Shown: piece by piece, positions 11,232-20,824 of the stretch | Layout of the letters: each line of letters begins with the position of its first letter | Numbering within the stretch: the stretch's first letter is position 1 | Assembly (NCBI GenBank): GCA_963710755.1 | Contig: CAVQBK010000001.1 | Coordinates: 64,001-128,000 of the forward strand | Length of the DNA: 64,000 nucleotides | Source: an uncultured bacterium | Lineage (GTDB): Bacteria; Oederibacteriota; JAAXVQ01; JAUVAV01 | Direction: 5' to 3' | Position numbers and translations under genes: made by a program | The notes under the pieces: model-generated | Database searches by the model: none | Told to the model about the DNA's origin: nothing | The model's input: the letters and a program-made list of their open reading frames with translations, nothing else

Positions 11232-11434
11232 CATCCGCACTTCCTCGACTGTGTCGCGGCCCAGTGTTCCGCCTACCCCCAATCAATTTAGAGGAGAGGG
11301 TTAGGGTGAGGGGACTATTTAAAAGTTTTTAAAACAAAAACTATTGTAACCCCTCATCCTGCACCTTCTCCCCTCTGATGAGGGGAGAAGGGATTATTAA
11401 GCGTCGCGACACAGTTTCGAAAAGTGCGGGGATG
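11232..11434. repeat. REP/MITE-like nested inverted-repeat element
   Basis: Outer arms CATCCGCACTT..CGACTGTGTCGCG / CGCGACACAGT..AAGTGCGGGGATG; inner GGAGAGGGTTAGGGTGAGGGG / CCCCTCATCCTGCACCTTCTCC; hairpin CCTTCTCCCCTC-TGAT-GAGGGGAGAAGG. Confidence 0.7.
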
Positions 11435-11470
11435 AAGCGACAATAAAAATATTAATCTTCTTTCTTTTAT

Positions 11471-11508
11471 ATTTAAATACCCCGCAACTCATTGCGGGGT
11501 ATTTAAAT
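11471..11508. terminator. Perfect 17-bp stem-loop (terminator-like or small palindromic repeat)
   Basis: ATTTAAATACCCCGCAA-CTCA-TTGCGGGGTATTTAAAT. Confidence 0.55.
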
Positions 11509-11556
11509 CGACGTTTAGTCGCATAAGCCTCTTACCCTTCCATTTTTCTTCCAGAT

Positions 11557-11572
11557 GGGCACGGCCAAAGCT
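11557..11572 (+). promoter_or_regulatory. Possible sigma54 (-24/-12) promoter for the receptor array
   Basis: GGGCACGGCCAAAGCT has GG-N10-GC spacing with GGCACG; the -12 element is imperfect. Confidence 0.3.
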
Positions 11573-11751
11573 ATACACATGAAATAGGAATCAGTTTTCT
11601 TGACCTGACTCGACTAATCCGAATATTTAAGGGACAACTACCTCAAAGAAATCAAGTCTATGACCTTGTCTGATCCGCTATGACCTATTAAGAAATCGCC
11701 TCAAATACCGTAACTTCAGTCAGATTAAATGATTGAGGTTGAGGAGGAATT

Positions 11752-13953
11752 ATGCGCTGGCGGCGAATACCAATGGGGCTGTTATTAGTGGCAATTGGGA
11801 TCTGCTCTTTATCCAAACCGGTCAACGCTGTGGAAAGTTTCAGTCCGGTGACCGAACTTTTGCTCTTCAGCGATGAGATTATGGTCATGTCCGCTACCAA
11901 GCGACTGCAAAAATTGTCCGAAGTTCCCGGATCGGTCACCATTATTACGGAGAAAGAAATCAAACAAAGCGGGGCCTTGACCATCTTTGAAGCTCTGCGT
12001 AATTTGGCTGACATTACTATTATAAATGAGGGGTTGTTCAATACCATTCGCTTTCGTAGTATGCAGGCGGCTTACAATAACAAAATTCTCGTACTTATTG
12101 ACGGCCGGAAAGTCAACACCATGGACTGGGGAAATTTTGACGGCGATCTGGGCATTAACTTGGCCAATGTTAAACAGATTGAGGTTATTAAAGGCCCGGG
12201 ATCATCTCTGTATGGCGCCAACGCCTATGCCGGAGTGATCAGTATTGTCACCAAAGACGGCGCCGAGATCGGCGGGTTGAAAACCGATATAAGCGTGGGC
12301 AACAAACCGGGAGACAGGGAAGTGTCCCAAAAATATAGTTTAACTTATGGTAAGAAAATGGACGATCTGGATTGCAAGATATCCGCCAGCTATTGGCGTG
12401 CATCGGGTATTGATCTTTACGATGGTCCTCATCCCAACGATCTTTTTGACGGTGAAGAAGCCAGTTTTGCGTTGAAATACAAAGATGATTGGATGGTTCA
12501 AGGTGGTTACCATAAATCCAGCTCACCCTGGAACGGCTCGGAATACAATCCTACTCCTAAAAATACGGAGGATTTAGAACAGCTTTATTTGGACGGCACT
12601 TACAGTTTGGCTTTGAATGACCTTTCCAAATTAAAACTACACCTGACCGACAATTACAATTTAAAACGATACATCCATACCGAATTATGGAATCTTGACC
12701 GCCAAAAAATTAACACTATTAATGACTTACCTTCACCAGCACCGATTATGATTGTAACCGATAAAGGAAACACGGAGCCCATCGACAATGCCGTGGGGGG
12801 ATATTACATTGGGCTTAATGACTTTTTACGCGTGATCGACAGCAGTGCCCTGAGTATGGAGGATCTCGGTTTGGGCCGCATGAATGAATTCATGGCGGAT
12901 TTACAGTATGACCTGGCCTGGCCGCAAAACAATTATTTGCTGGCCGGCCTTAGTCTCAAATACGATTGGAGCAATCAGGATTATTTCAAACAGGATGTGG
13001 TGACCGATACAAATTATGCGGTTTACCTGCAGGATGAATATCATCTGGGTGATCAATTAATCCTGCTTAGCGGCATCCGCTATGATTATAACCAAGATTA
13101 TGGCAGCAATACCAGCCCGCGGGAAAGCCTGATCTACGAACCCTTAAAAGGCCTGCGCATGAAAGCTCTCTATGGCAGCGCTTTCCGGGCGCCGGTAATT
13201 CTTGAACGCTACACCCTTACCGATTATGGGTTTTATGAAGCCACGGGTAATTTGGATCTGAAACCGGAAAGCATTCAACAAAGTGAAGCCAGTGTTGAAT
13301 ATGAAAACGGCCAGTGGTTAAAAGCCAAAGCCGGTTACTTTTACTGGGAAACCGCCAATGAAATCCAGTTTGATTACACGATGGGCAGGCTTTTTGTTTA
13401 TAGCCCGGATTTGAGCTTGATCAGCCCGCTCATGCCCGCATTGCCCGGGTTGTTATATGCCGGGGAATTAAATGCCGCGCCTGCCCTGGTAAGCTGGGGT
13501 AATGCCAACAGCCGCATTGGCCACGGGCTGGAACTGGAGACCACCATTACGCCTAATGAGTTTACTCAAATACAATTAAATTACAGCCGCACCACCCTAT
13601 ATGCCCGAAACAGACCTCAGGCTCCGGAATGGGCTGAAGGGGTGGCCGATATTGCCAATGCCATTGTGGGACTGCATTTTAAGGATCTGGTCTTCATGAA
13701 TTTTTATGCTCATGCCGGACGCAGTCCCATGACCGTTAATGTGGATCCCGATGCCGGTCTAGGTCTGGCAGTGGAAGCCCATTGGCTGCAACAGTACGAT
13801 ATCAGTCTGGGGGGACAATATGAGGGGTTTAGCTTAGTGGCTACGGCCTTTAACATCTTTCACAATGCCATAGTTTATGACAGCCGTTATAGCCAATCTT
13901 TGGAAGGGCCAACCATCTATCGGCTGAATGCTTCTTATACCCTGAAATTTTAA
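11752..13953 (+). CDS. TonB-dependent receptor, array copy 1
   Basis: Signal peptide; plug (VMSATK...VPGSVTII, NKILVLIDGR, IEVIKGPGSSLYGANA.AGVI.I.TK); barrel motifs (Y.QDEY, G.RYDY, YGSAFRAP, N.DLKPE); C-terminal F. Confidence 0.92.
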   Translation: MRWRRIPMGLLLVAIGICSLSKPVNAVESFSPVTELLLFSDEIMVMSATKRLQKLSEVPGSVTIITEKEIKQSGALTIFEALRNLADITIINEGLFNTIRFRSMQAAYNNKILVLIDGRKVNTMDWGNFDGDLGINLANVKQIEVIKGPGSSLYGANAYAGVISIVTKDGAEIGGLKTDISVGNKPGDREVSQKYSLTYGKKMDDLDCKISASYWRASGIDLYDGPHPNDLFDGEEASFALKYKDDWMVQGGYHKSSSPWNGSEYNPTPKNTEDLEQLYLDGTYSLALNDLSKLKLHLTDNYNLKRYIHTELWNLDRQKINTINDLPSPAPIMIVTDKGNTEPIDNAVGGYYIGLNDFLRVIDSSALSMEDLGLGRMNEFMADLQYDLAWPQNNYLLAGLSLKYDWSNQDYFKQDVVTDTNYAVYLQDEYHLGDQLILLSGIRYDYNQDYGSNTSPRESLIYEPLKGLRMKALYGSAFRAPVILERYTLTDYGFYEATGNLDLKPESIQQSEASVEYENGQWLKAKAGYFYWETANEIQFDYTMGRLFVYSPDLSLISPLMPALPGLLYAGELNAAPALVSWGNANSRIGHGLELETTITPNEFTQIQLNYSRTTLYARNRPQAPEWAEGVADIANAIVGLHFKDLVFMNFYAHAGRSPMTVNVDPDAGLGLAVEAHWLQQYDISLGGQYEGFSLVATAFNIFHNAIVYDSRYSQSLEGPTIYRLNASYTLKF

Positions 13954-14004
13954 AAAGGTCGAGCTGACCAGAGAAGACAGGGATCCCAAGGAGGGGAAAG
14001 GTAA

Positions 14005-16200
14005 ATGAAAAAATATCTCGTTATAGGGCTGATGGTTTTGACGATGACCGCTGTATGCAGGCCGCTTCTTCATGCCATGGACAGCTTTAGTCCGGTAACA
14101 GAGCTCATGCTCTTTAGTGATGAGATTATGGTCATGTCCGCCACCAAGCGCTTACAAAAGCTTTCGGAAGTACCTGGGTCGGTTACAATTATTACTGGAA
14201 AAGAGATCAGGGAAAGCGGGGCCCTGACCATCTTTGAAGCGCTGCGCAATATGACCAATGTGGCCGTCCTCAACGAGGGATTGTTCGATTCACTCCGCTT
14301 TCGGGGCATGCAATCAGCTTCCAATAATAAAATCCTGGTTTTGGTGGATGGCCGAAAAATCAACACTTTGGATGTGGGCAATTATGACGGGAAATACGGA
14401 ACGGATTTAAGCAACGTCAAGCAGATCGAAGTCATTAAAGGACCTGGGTCTTCGTTGTATGGGGCCAATGCTTATGCCGGTGTTATCAATATTGTCACCA
14501 TGGACGGCGTGGATATCGGAGGCGTTAAAACCGATGTCAGTATTGGCAATAAACCGGGCGATTTTGAGCTTTCACAGAAATACAACCTTGCTTATGGCGA
14601 TAAAAAAGGAGATTTGGATTACAAAGTCACTGCCGGTTATTGGCGCGCCCTTGGTGTGGACCTGGTCAATGTGGATCATCCCAATGACTTATTCACCGGG
14701 GCCGATGCCAATTTCAAACTTAAGTTCAAAGATACTTGGATGGTGCAGGGCGGCTATCTCAATGCCACGACTCCTTGGGATGGTTCGACCTTTACGCCGA
14801 CGCCACGTAATCATGAAAAGCAGGACGTGTTTTATTTGGATGGAACCTATAAACTCGAGCTCAATGAGTTATCCAGTCTTAAGCTGCACTTAACGGACAA
14901 TTATTATGTCAACCATATGGTGGAAACAGAAACATGGGATCTTGATAGGCAAAAGATCAACAGTTCGGCAGACCTGCCCGTGCCGACGCCTCAGATAATT
15001 GTCACCGACAAGGGACTGATGGAATCGGTAGACAAGGCCAATGGACAATATTATATCGGCGTCAATGATCTGTTTCGTATTGTCAGCGGCAGTGCCCTGG
15101 AGATGATCGAGTTGGGCAAGGGGCGTCTCAATGGGCTTATGCTCGAGTTGCAATACGACCTCGCCTGGCCGCAGAACAACTACCTTTTGGCCGGACTTAG
15201 TTTTGACTACAATTGGGTTGATCAAAATTATATTTTTGGTGGTCAAGTAACAGATCAAAATTATGCGGTTTACCTGCAGGATGAATATCATCTGGCTGAT
15301 CGATTGATCTTACTTAGTGGACTTCGTTATGATTACAATCAGGATTACGGTAGTGACCTCAGCCCCAGGGAAAGTTTGATCTACGAACCGCTGAAAGGCC
15401 TGCGATTCAAAGCCCTTTACGGCAGTGCCTTTAGAGCTCCGGTTTTCTTGGAACGCTACACCAACACCGATTACGGTTTTTACGAGGCCAATGGCAATCC
15501 TGATCTCAAACCGGAAAGTGTTCAGCAAAGTGAAGCCAGTGTGGAATATGAACTGGGTAAATGGCTTAAGACCAAGGCCGCCTATTTTTACTGGGAAACA
15601 GCCAATGAAATTCAGTTTGCCTACACCTTGGGGTCACTCTATGTCTATTCACCTGATTTGAGCCTGATCAGTCCCCTATTGCCCCCTGTTCCCGGCTTGT
15701 TTTACACGGAGCAGTTGAATATCGCCCCTGCCTTTGTGAGCTGGGATAATTCCAACAGCCGTATAGGCCATGGTGTGGAGCTGGAAACCACAGTGGAACC
15801 CACGCCCTTCACCCGGCTGCAATTAAATTACAGCCGAATTAACCTCTATGCCCGAAAATTATCGGTGGCTCCGGAATGGGCCAGCGGTACCAGCGACATC
15901 GCCAATGCGGTTCTAGGGTTGCATTATCAGGATTTAATATTTCTTAATTTTTACGCCCACACGGCCCGCGTGCCTGTGGCTTATGGCGATAACTTCTTGG
16001 CAATAGAAAACAACAAGATTGAATCCAAATGGGTGCAACAATACGATGTGAGCCTGGGTTGTAACATAGCAGGATTCAGTGTGGTGGCGGCAGCGTTTGA
16101 TATTTTTAACAACCCTATAGACTACAACGAACAAACCGGAGACTACTTGCGAGGCAAACCACTGTATCGCGTGAATGCTTCCTATACATTGTCCTTCTGA
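14005..16200 (+). CDS. TonB-dependent receptor, array copy 2
   Basis: Same plug and barrel motifs; clear paralog of copy 1; AGGAGG SD. Confidence 0.92.
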   Translation: MKKYLVIGLMVLTMTAVCRPLLHAMDSFSPVTELMLFSDEIMVMSATKRLQKLSEVPGSVTIITGKEIRESGALTIFEALRNMTNVAVLNEGLFDSLRFRGMQSASNNKILVLVDGRKINTLDVGNYDGKYGTDLSNVKQIEVIKGPGSSLYGANAYAGVINIVTMDGVDIGGVKTDVSIGNKPGDFELSQKYNLAYGDKKGDLDYKVTAGYWRALGVDLVNVDHPNDLFTGADANFKLKFKDTWMVQGGYLNATTPWDGSTFTPTPRNHEKQDVFYLDGTYKLELNELSSLKLHLTDNYYVNHMVETETWDLDRQKINSSADLPVPTPQIIVTDKGLMESVDKANGQYYIGVNDLFRIVSGSALEMIELGKGRLNGLMLELQYDLAWPQNNYLLAGLSFDYNWVDQNYIFGGQVTDQNYAVYLQDEYHLADRLILLSGLRYDYNQDYGSDLSPRESLIYEPLKGLRFKALYGSAFRAPVFLERYTNTDYGFYEANGNPDLKPESVQQSEASVEYELGKWLKTKAAYFYWETANEIQFAYTLGSLYVYSPDLSLISPLLPPVPGLFYTEQLNIAPAFVSWDNSNSRIGHGVELETTVEPTPFTRLQLNYSRINLYARKLSVAPEWASGTSDIANAVLGLHYQDLIFLNFYAHTARVPVAYGDNFLAIENNKIESKWVQQYDVSLGCNIAGFSVVAAAFDIFNNPIDYNEQTGDYLRGKPLYRVNASYTLSF

Positions 16201-16329
16201 TAGGTTTGGAGCGCATTGATTGACGAAGAAAAATATTAGATTCGGCCTTGATCTGATTAAAAAATGGTTAATTTTCCAAATACTACGCCGAAACTTTGGA
16301 CGAAAACAAAGTAAATGAGGGATGGGCTT

Positions 16330-18534
16330 ATGGCATTAAGAAAGATAGTTTTAACCCTTCTAATGTGTGTTGCCGGTTGGGCTGGTTTGGGGATTACTTT
16401 AGGCCTGGCCATGGATGGCTTAAGCCCGGTAACGGAACTTATGCTGTTCAGCGATGAAATGATGGTGCAATCAGCCACCAAGCGGTTGCAGAAGCTGTCT
16501 GAGGTGCCTGGATCGGTTACTATTATTACTGAAAAAGAGATCAGAGAAAGCGGTGCCTTAACCATCTTTGAAGCCCTGAAAAACATGACCGATATGGCCA
16601 TTATCAATGAAAGCCTTTTTGATGCCATCCGCTTTCGAGGCATGCAGGCTTCCTACAATAATAAAATACTGGTTCTGGTGGACGGTCGTAAAGTCAATAC
16701 CATGGACTGGGGCAACTATGACGGTAAATTTGGCACGGACCTGGCCAATGTAAAGCAAATCGAAGTAATTAAAGGTCCGGGGTCATCCCTCTATGGGGCC
16801 AATGCCTATGCTGGAGTCATCAGTATCATCACCAAAGACGGAGCCGAAATTGGCGGCCTTAAAACTGATGTGAGCGTGGGGAATAAACCCGGTGATTTTG
16901 AACTTTCTCAGAAATATTCGCTGACTTATGGCACCAAACAAGGTGATCTGGATTATAAAGTGACCAGCAGTTATTGGCGCGAATTTGTCGTTGATCCCAT
17001 CACTCCCCAGACTCCCAATAGTCTTTGCAATGGTGTGGATGCCAATTTCCGGCTTGCCTATAAAGAGAAATGGATGTTGCAAGGCGGTTATTTCCGTTCC
17101 ACCAATCCCTGGAACGGGTCGCCCTATACCCCCACCCCCAATAACAATGAACAGTTGGAAACCTTGTTCTTAGATGGTACCTATGGGTTGGACTTGAATG
17201 ATCTTTCAAAATTAAAATTACACGTAACGGACAATTATTCTTTGAACAGAATTTTTAAAACCGAATTGTGGAATCTGAATCGAATAAAAATCAACAGTAT
17301 GTCCGATTTGCCGACTCCTACCCCGAGTGTTATTGTGGACGACCAGGGCAATTTTAGCCTGATTACCGATGCGATTGGACAATATTATATCGGGTTTGAG
17401 GATTTGACCAGGATTATGAGCGGCCATGGGGTGGTGGTATCGGACTTGGGAAAGGGCCAGGCCAATGAATTCAATGCCGAGTTGCAATATGACCTGTCCT
17501 GGCCGCAAAACAATTACCTGCTGGCCGGACTTAATGTCAAGTTTGATTGGACCAATCAAAATTATTTTACTCAGGACGAAGTCACCGATCAGAATTATGC
17601 GGTATTTCTTCAAGATGAATATCATCTGGGCGATGATCTGATCTTCTTAAGTGGCTTGCGTTATGATTATAACCGGGATTATGGCAGCAATCTCAGCCCC
17701 AGGGAGAGCCTGATATATGAGCCCCTCAAAGGCCTTCGTATGAAGGCCCTTTATGGCAGCGCCTTCCGCGCGCCCGTAATTCTGGAACGGTATACTTTAA
17801 GTGATTACGGGTTTTATGATGTTACCGGCAATCCGGAGTTAAAACCGGAGAGCATCCAGCAAAGCGAAGCCAGTGTGGAATATGAACTGGGCAAAGTGTT
17901 CCAAGCCAAGGCTGCCTATTTTTACTGGGAAACCAAAAATGAAATTCAATTTGCCTACACGTTTGGCGATCTTTTCGCTTATGTACCCGACTTTAGCCTG
18001 CTTGATCCCATGCAGCCGGCCATGGCCGGTCTGCTTTATTTAAAAGAACTAAATGTGGCCCCTGCCTTTGTGACCTGGGACAATTCCAACAGCCGCATTG
18101 GCCATGGATTGGAATTGGAAACCACCATCACTCCAACGGATTTTGCCCGCCTCAAGTTAAATTATAGCAGGCTTAATCTCTATTCCAGAAACATTTTGGT
18201 AGCCCCTGAATGGGCGCAAGGTGTTGCCGATATTGCGAACGGCATCGTGGAATTGCATTATAAAGATTTGGTGTTTTTAAATGTCTACGCCCATGTTGGC
18301 CGCATGCCAGTCACCGTTGTGGCTGACCCCATGGTCAACCGGGATAGGCATGTGGAAGCCAATTGGCTGCAGCAATATGATGTGAGTCTGGGCTGCAATG
18401 TTCAAGGACTCAGCCTGGTAGCAGCTGTTTTTAATGTATTAAATAATGCCGTGGCCTTTGATGAAAAAGATGCCAAGTATTTAAAAGGTTCACCCATATA
18501 TCGTCTTAATGCGTCGTACACACTTAAATTTTAA
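16330..18534 (+). CDS. TonB-dependent receptor, array copy 3
   Basis: Same motifs; start set at MALRK after GAGGGA (ORF begins 16315). Confidence 0.92.
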   Translation: MALRKIVLTLLMCVAGWAGLGITLGLAMDGLSPVTELMLFSDEMMVQSATKRLQKLSEVPGSVTIITEKEIRESGALTIFEALKNMTDMAIINESLFDAIRFRGMQASYNNKILVLVDGRKVNTMDWGNYDGKFGTDLANVKQIEVIKGPGSSLYGANAYAGVISIITKDGAEIGGLKTDVSVGNKPGDFELSQKYSLTYGTKQGDLDYKVTSSYWREFVVDPITPQTPNSLCNGVDANFRLAYKEKWMLQGGYFRSTNPWNGSPYTPTPNNNEQLETLFLDGTYGLDLNDLSKLKLHVTDNYSLNRIFKTELWNLNRIKINSMSDLPTPTPSVIVDDQGNFSLITDAIGQYYIGFEDLTRIMSGHGVVVSDLGKGQANEFNAELQYDLSWPQNNYLLAGLNVKFDWTNQNYFTQDEVTDQNYAVFLQDEYHLGDDLIFLSGLRYDYNRDYGSNLSPRESLIYEPLKGLRMKALYGSAFRAPVILERYTLSDYGFYDVTGNPELKPESIQQSEASVEYELGKVFQAKAAYFYWETKNEIQFAYTFGDLFAYVPDFSLLDPMQPAMAGLLYLKELNVAPAFVTWDNSNSRIGHGLELETTITPTDFARLKLNYSRLNLYSRNILVAPEWAQGVADIANGIVELHYKDLVFLNVYAHVGRMPVTVVADPMVNRDRHVEANWLQQYDVSLGCNVQGLSLVAAVFNVLNNAVAFDEKDAKYLKGSPIYRLNASYTLKF

Positions 18535-18578
18535 GTGTAATAACTACAGCCAATGGGCAACCAAGCTAGGAGGGAAAA

Positions 18579-20790
18579 ATGAATCTCAAAAAGGGTATGT
18601 CAGCAGTTGCCATGATGGCAGTGATCATGGCCGGGACCACGGCAGGGCTGGTTCAAGCCATGGACAGCTTTAATCCGGTAACAGAGCTCATGCTGTTCAG
18701 TGACGAGATTATGGTTATGTCCGCCACCAAGCGCCTGCAGAAGCTCTCCGAAGTGCCTGGGTCGGTCACCATTATTACGGAAAAAGAAATCAAGGAGCGG
18801 GGAGCACTTACGATCTATGATGCCTTGTTCAATATGACTGGTGTTTGTTTTGCCAATGAGGGTCTGTTCAATACCATGCGCTTCCGTGATATGCAAGCTT
18901 CTTATAACAATAAAATATTGGTCTTGGTGGATGGGCGGAAAGTCAATGCGCTGGACTGGGGCAATTATGACGGTAACTTTGGTACCAACCTGGCGAATGT
19001 GAAACAGATCGAAGTGATCAAAGGTCCGGGATCATCCCTCTATGGCGCCAATGCCTATGCCGGGGTTATCAATATCGTGACCAAGGACGGCGCTGAGATC
19101 GGCGGGCTCAAAACGGACATCAGTATTGGCAACAAACCTGGCGATTCGGAAGTCTCCCAGAAATACACGGTAACCTATGGCAATAAAACCGGAGATTGGG
19201 ACTACAAAGTCTCGAGCAGCTACTGGCGTGCATTGGGTATTGATCCATACAATGGTCCTCATCCCAATGACCTCTATACGGGTGACTCGGCTGACTTCAG
19301 TCTGAAATGGAAAGATCAATGGACTTTGAACGGCGGTTATCAGAAAAACAGCAATCCCTGGAGCGGTTCCGAATGGACGCCCACGCCCAGAAACACGGAA
19401 GAAATGGAATCCATCTATTTGGATACCACATATAATCTAACCCTCAATGATCTTTCCAAAGTGAAAGCCCATTTAACGGATACCTATGATTTGACCAGAG
19501 CCCTGCGCAGTGAATATTGGGATATTACCCGCAGAAAGATCAACAGCATAAGCGATCTGCCCACACCGACGCCGGTGGTTATTATAGATGAGCAGGGTAA
19601 CATGGACTTCGACATTGCCAATACTGTGGGTAATTATTACATTGACTTTAATGATTTTGTTAAAATCGCTACCGGTGGCGCGCTGGATGTGGTGGATTTA
19701 GGCCGGGGCCAGATGAATGAATTCAGCGCTGATGTTCAATATGATTTGGCGTGGCCGCAAAACAACTATTTGCTGGCTGGGATCAATGTCAATCTGGCTT
19801 GGTCGAATATTGACTATTATAATATCAATCAAGTAACAGACAATAACTATGCCGCCTACGTCCAGGATGAATATCATTTGGGCGATCAGTTGATCCTGCT
19901 CAGCGGTCTGCGCTATGACTATAACCGGGATTATGGCAGCAACCTGAGCCCCCGGGAGAGCTTGATCTACGAACCGCTCAAAGGTCTGCGTTTCAAGGGC
20001 CTGTATGGCAGTGCTTTTAGGTCGCCTGTGATCTTTGAACGCTATGCTCTGACGGACTATGGCTTTTATGAAGTTAAGGCCAACGTGGATTTAAAACCGG
20101 AGAGCATTCAGCAGAGTGAAGCCAGTGTGGAATATGAAATCGGCAAATGGTTTCAAGCCAAGGCCGATTATTTTTACTGGGAAACTCAGAATGAAATTCA
20201 ATTCGCCTATACCTTTGGAAACCTTTATGCCTATGTGCCTGATTTTAGTTTACTTGATCCCATGCAGCCGTCCATGGCCGGGTTCCTCTATCTGCAAGCG
20301 TTGAATGTAGCTCCTGCCTTTGTAAGTTTTGACAATTCCAACAGCCGCATTGGTCATGGCTTTGAATTGGAAACCAACATCGCACCAACCGATTATACCC
20401 GGCTCAAGTTGAATTACAGCCGCATTAATCTCTATGCCCGAAAAGAACCAATCCATCCTTCCTGGGATCAAGGCGTGGCGGATATTGCCAACGCGGTACT
20501 GGAATTGCATTACCAGGATATGGTTTTTCTTAATTTCTATGCCCACGTAGCCGCAAGCCCCACCAAAATCAAAATGGAGGCGGAAATCCGCTGGTAAAAA
20601 CATATATATAGCCTCCAAATGGCTGCCCCAATATGACGTCAGCCTGGGCTTTAATCTTGATCAATTCAGCCTGGTGGCCGCGGTCTATAACGTATTTTCC
20701 AATCCCGTGGCCTATGATGGAGGCGTGGATGATTATTTGAAAGGCCAACCGCTTTACCGTGTAAATTTGGGGTATACCCTTAAATTTTAA
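18579..20790 (+). pseudogene. TonB-dependent receptor, array copy 4, frameshifted near 20570-20595 (probably sequencing error)
   Basis: ORF stops at 20597; the missing C-terminus (IYIASKWLPQYDVSLG...YRVNLGYTLKF*) continues in another frame to TAA at 20790. Confidence 0.85.
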
Positions 20791-20824
20791 AAAAAATGAG
20801 GTATAACACCATAGGGGGCAGGCA

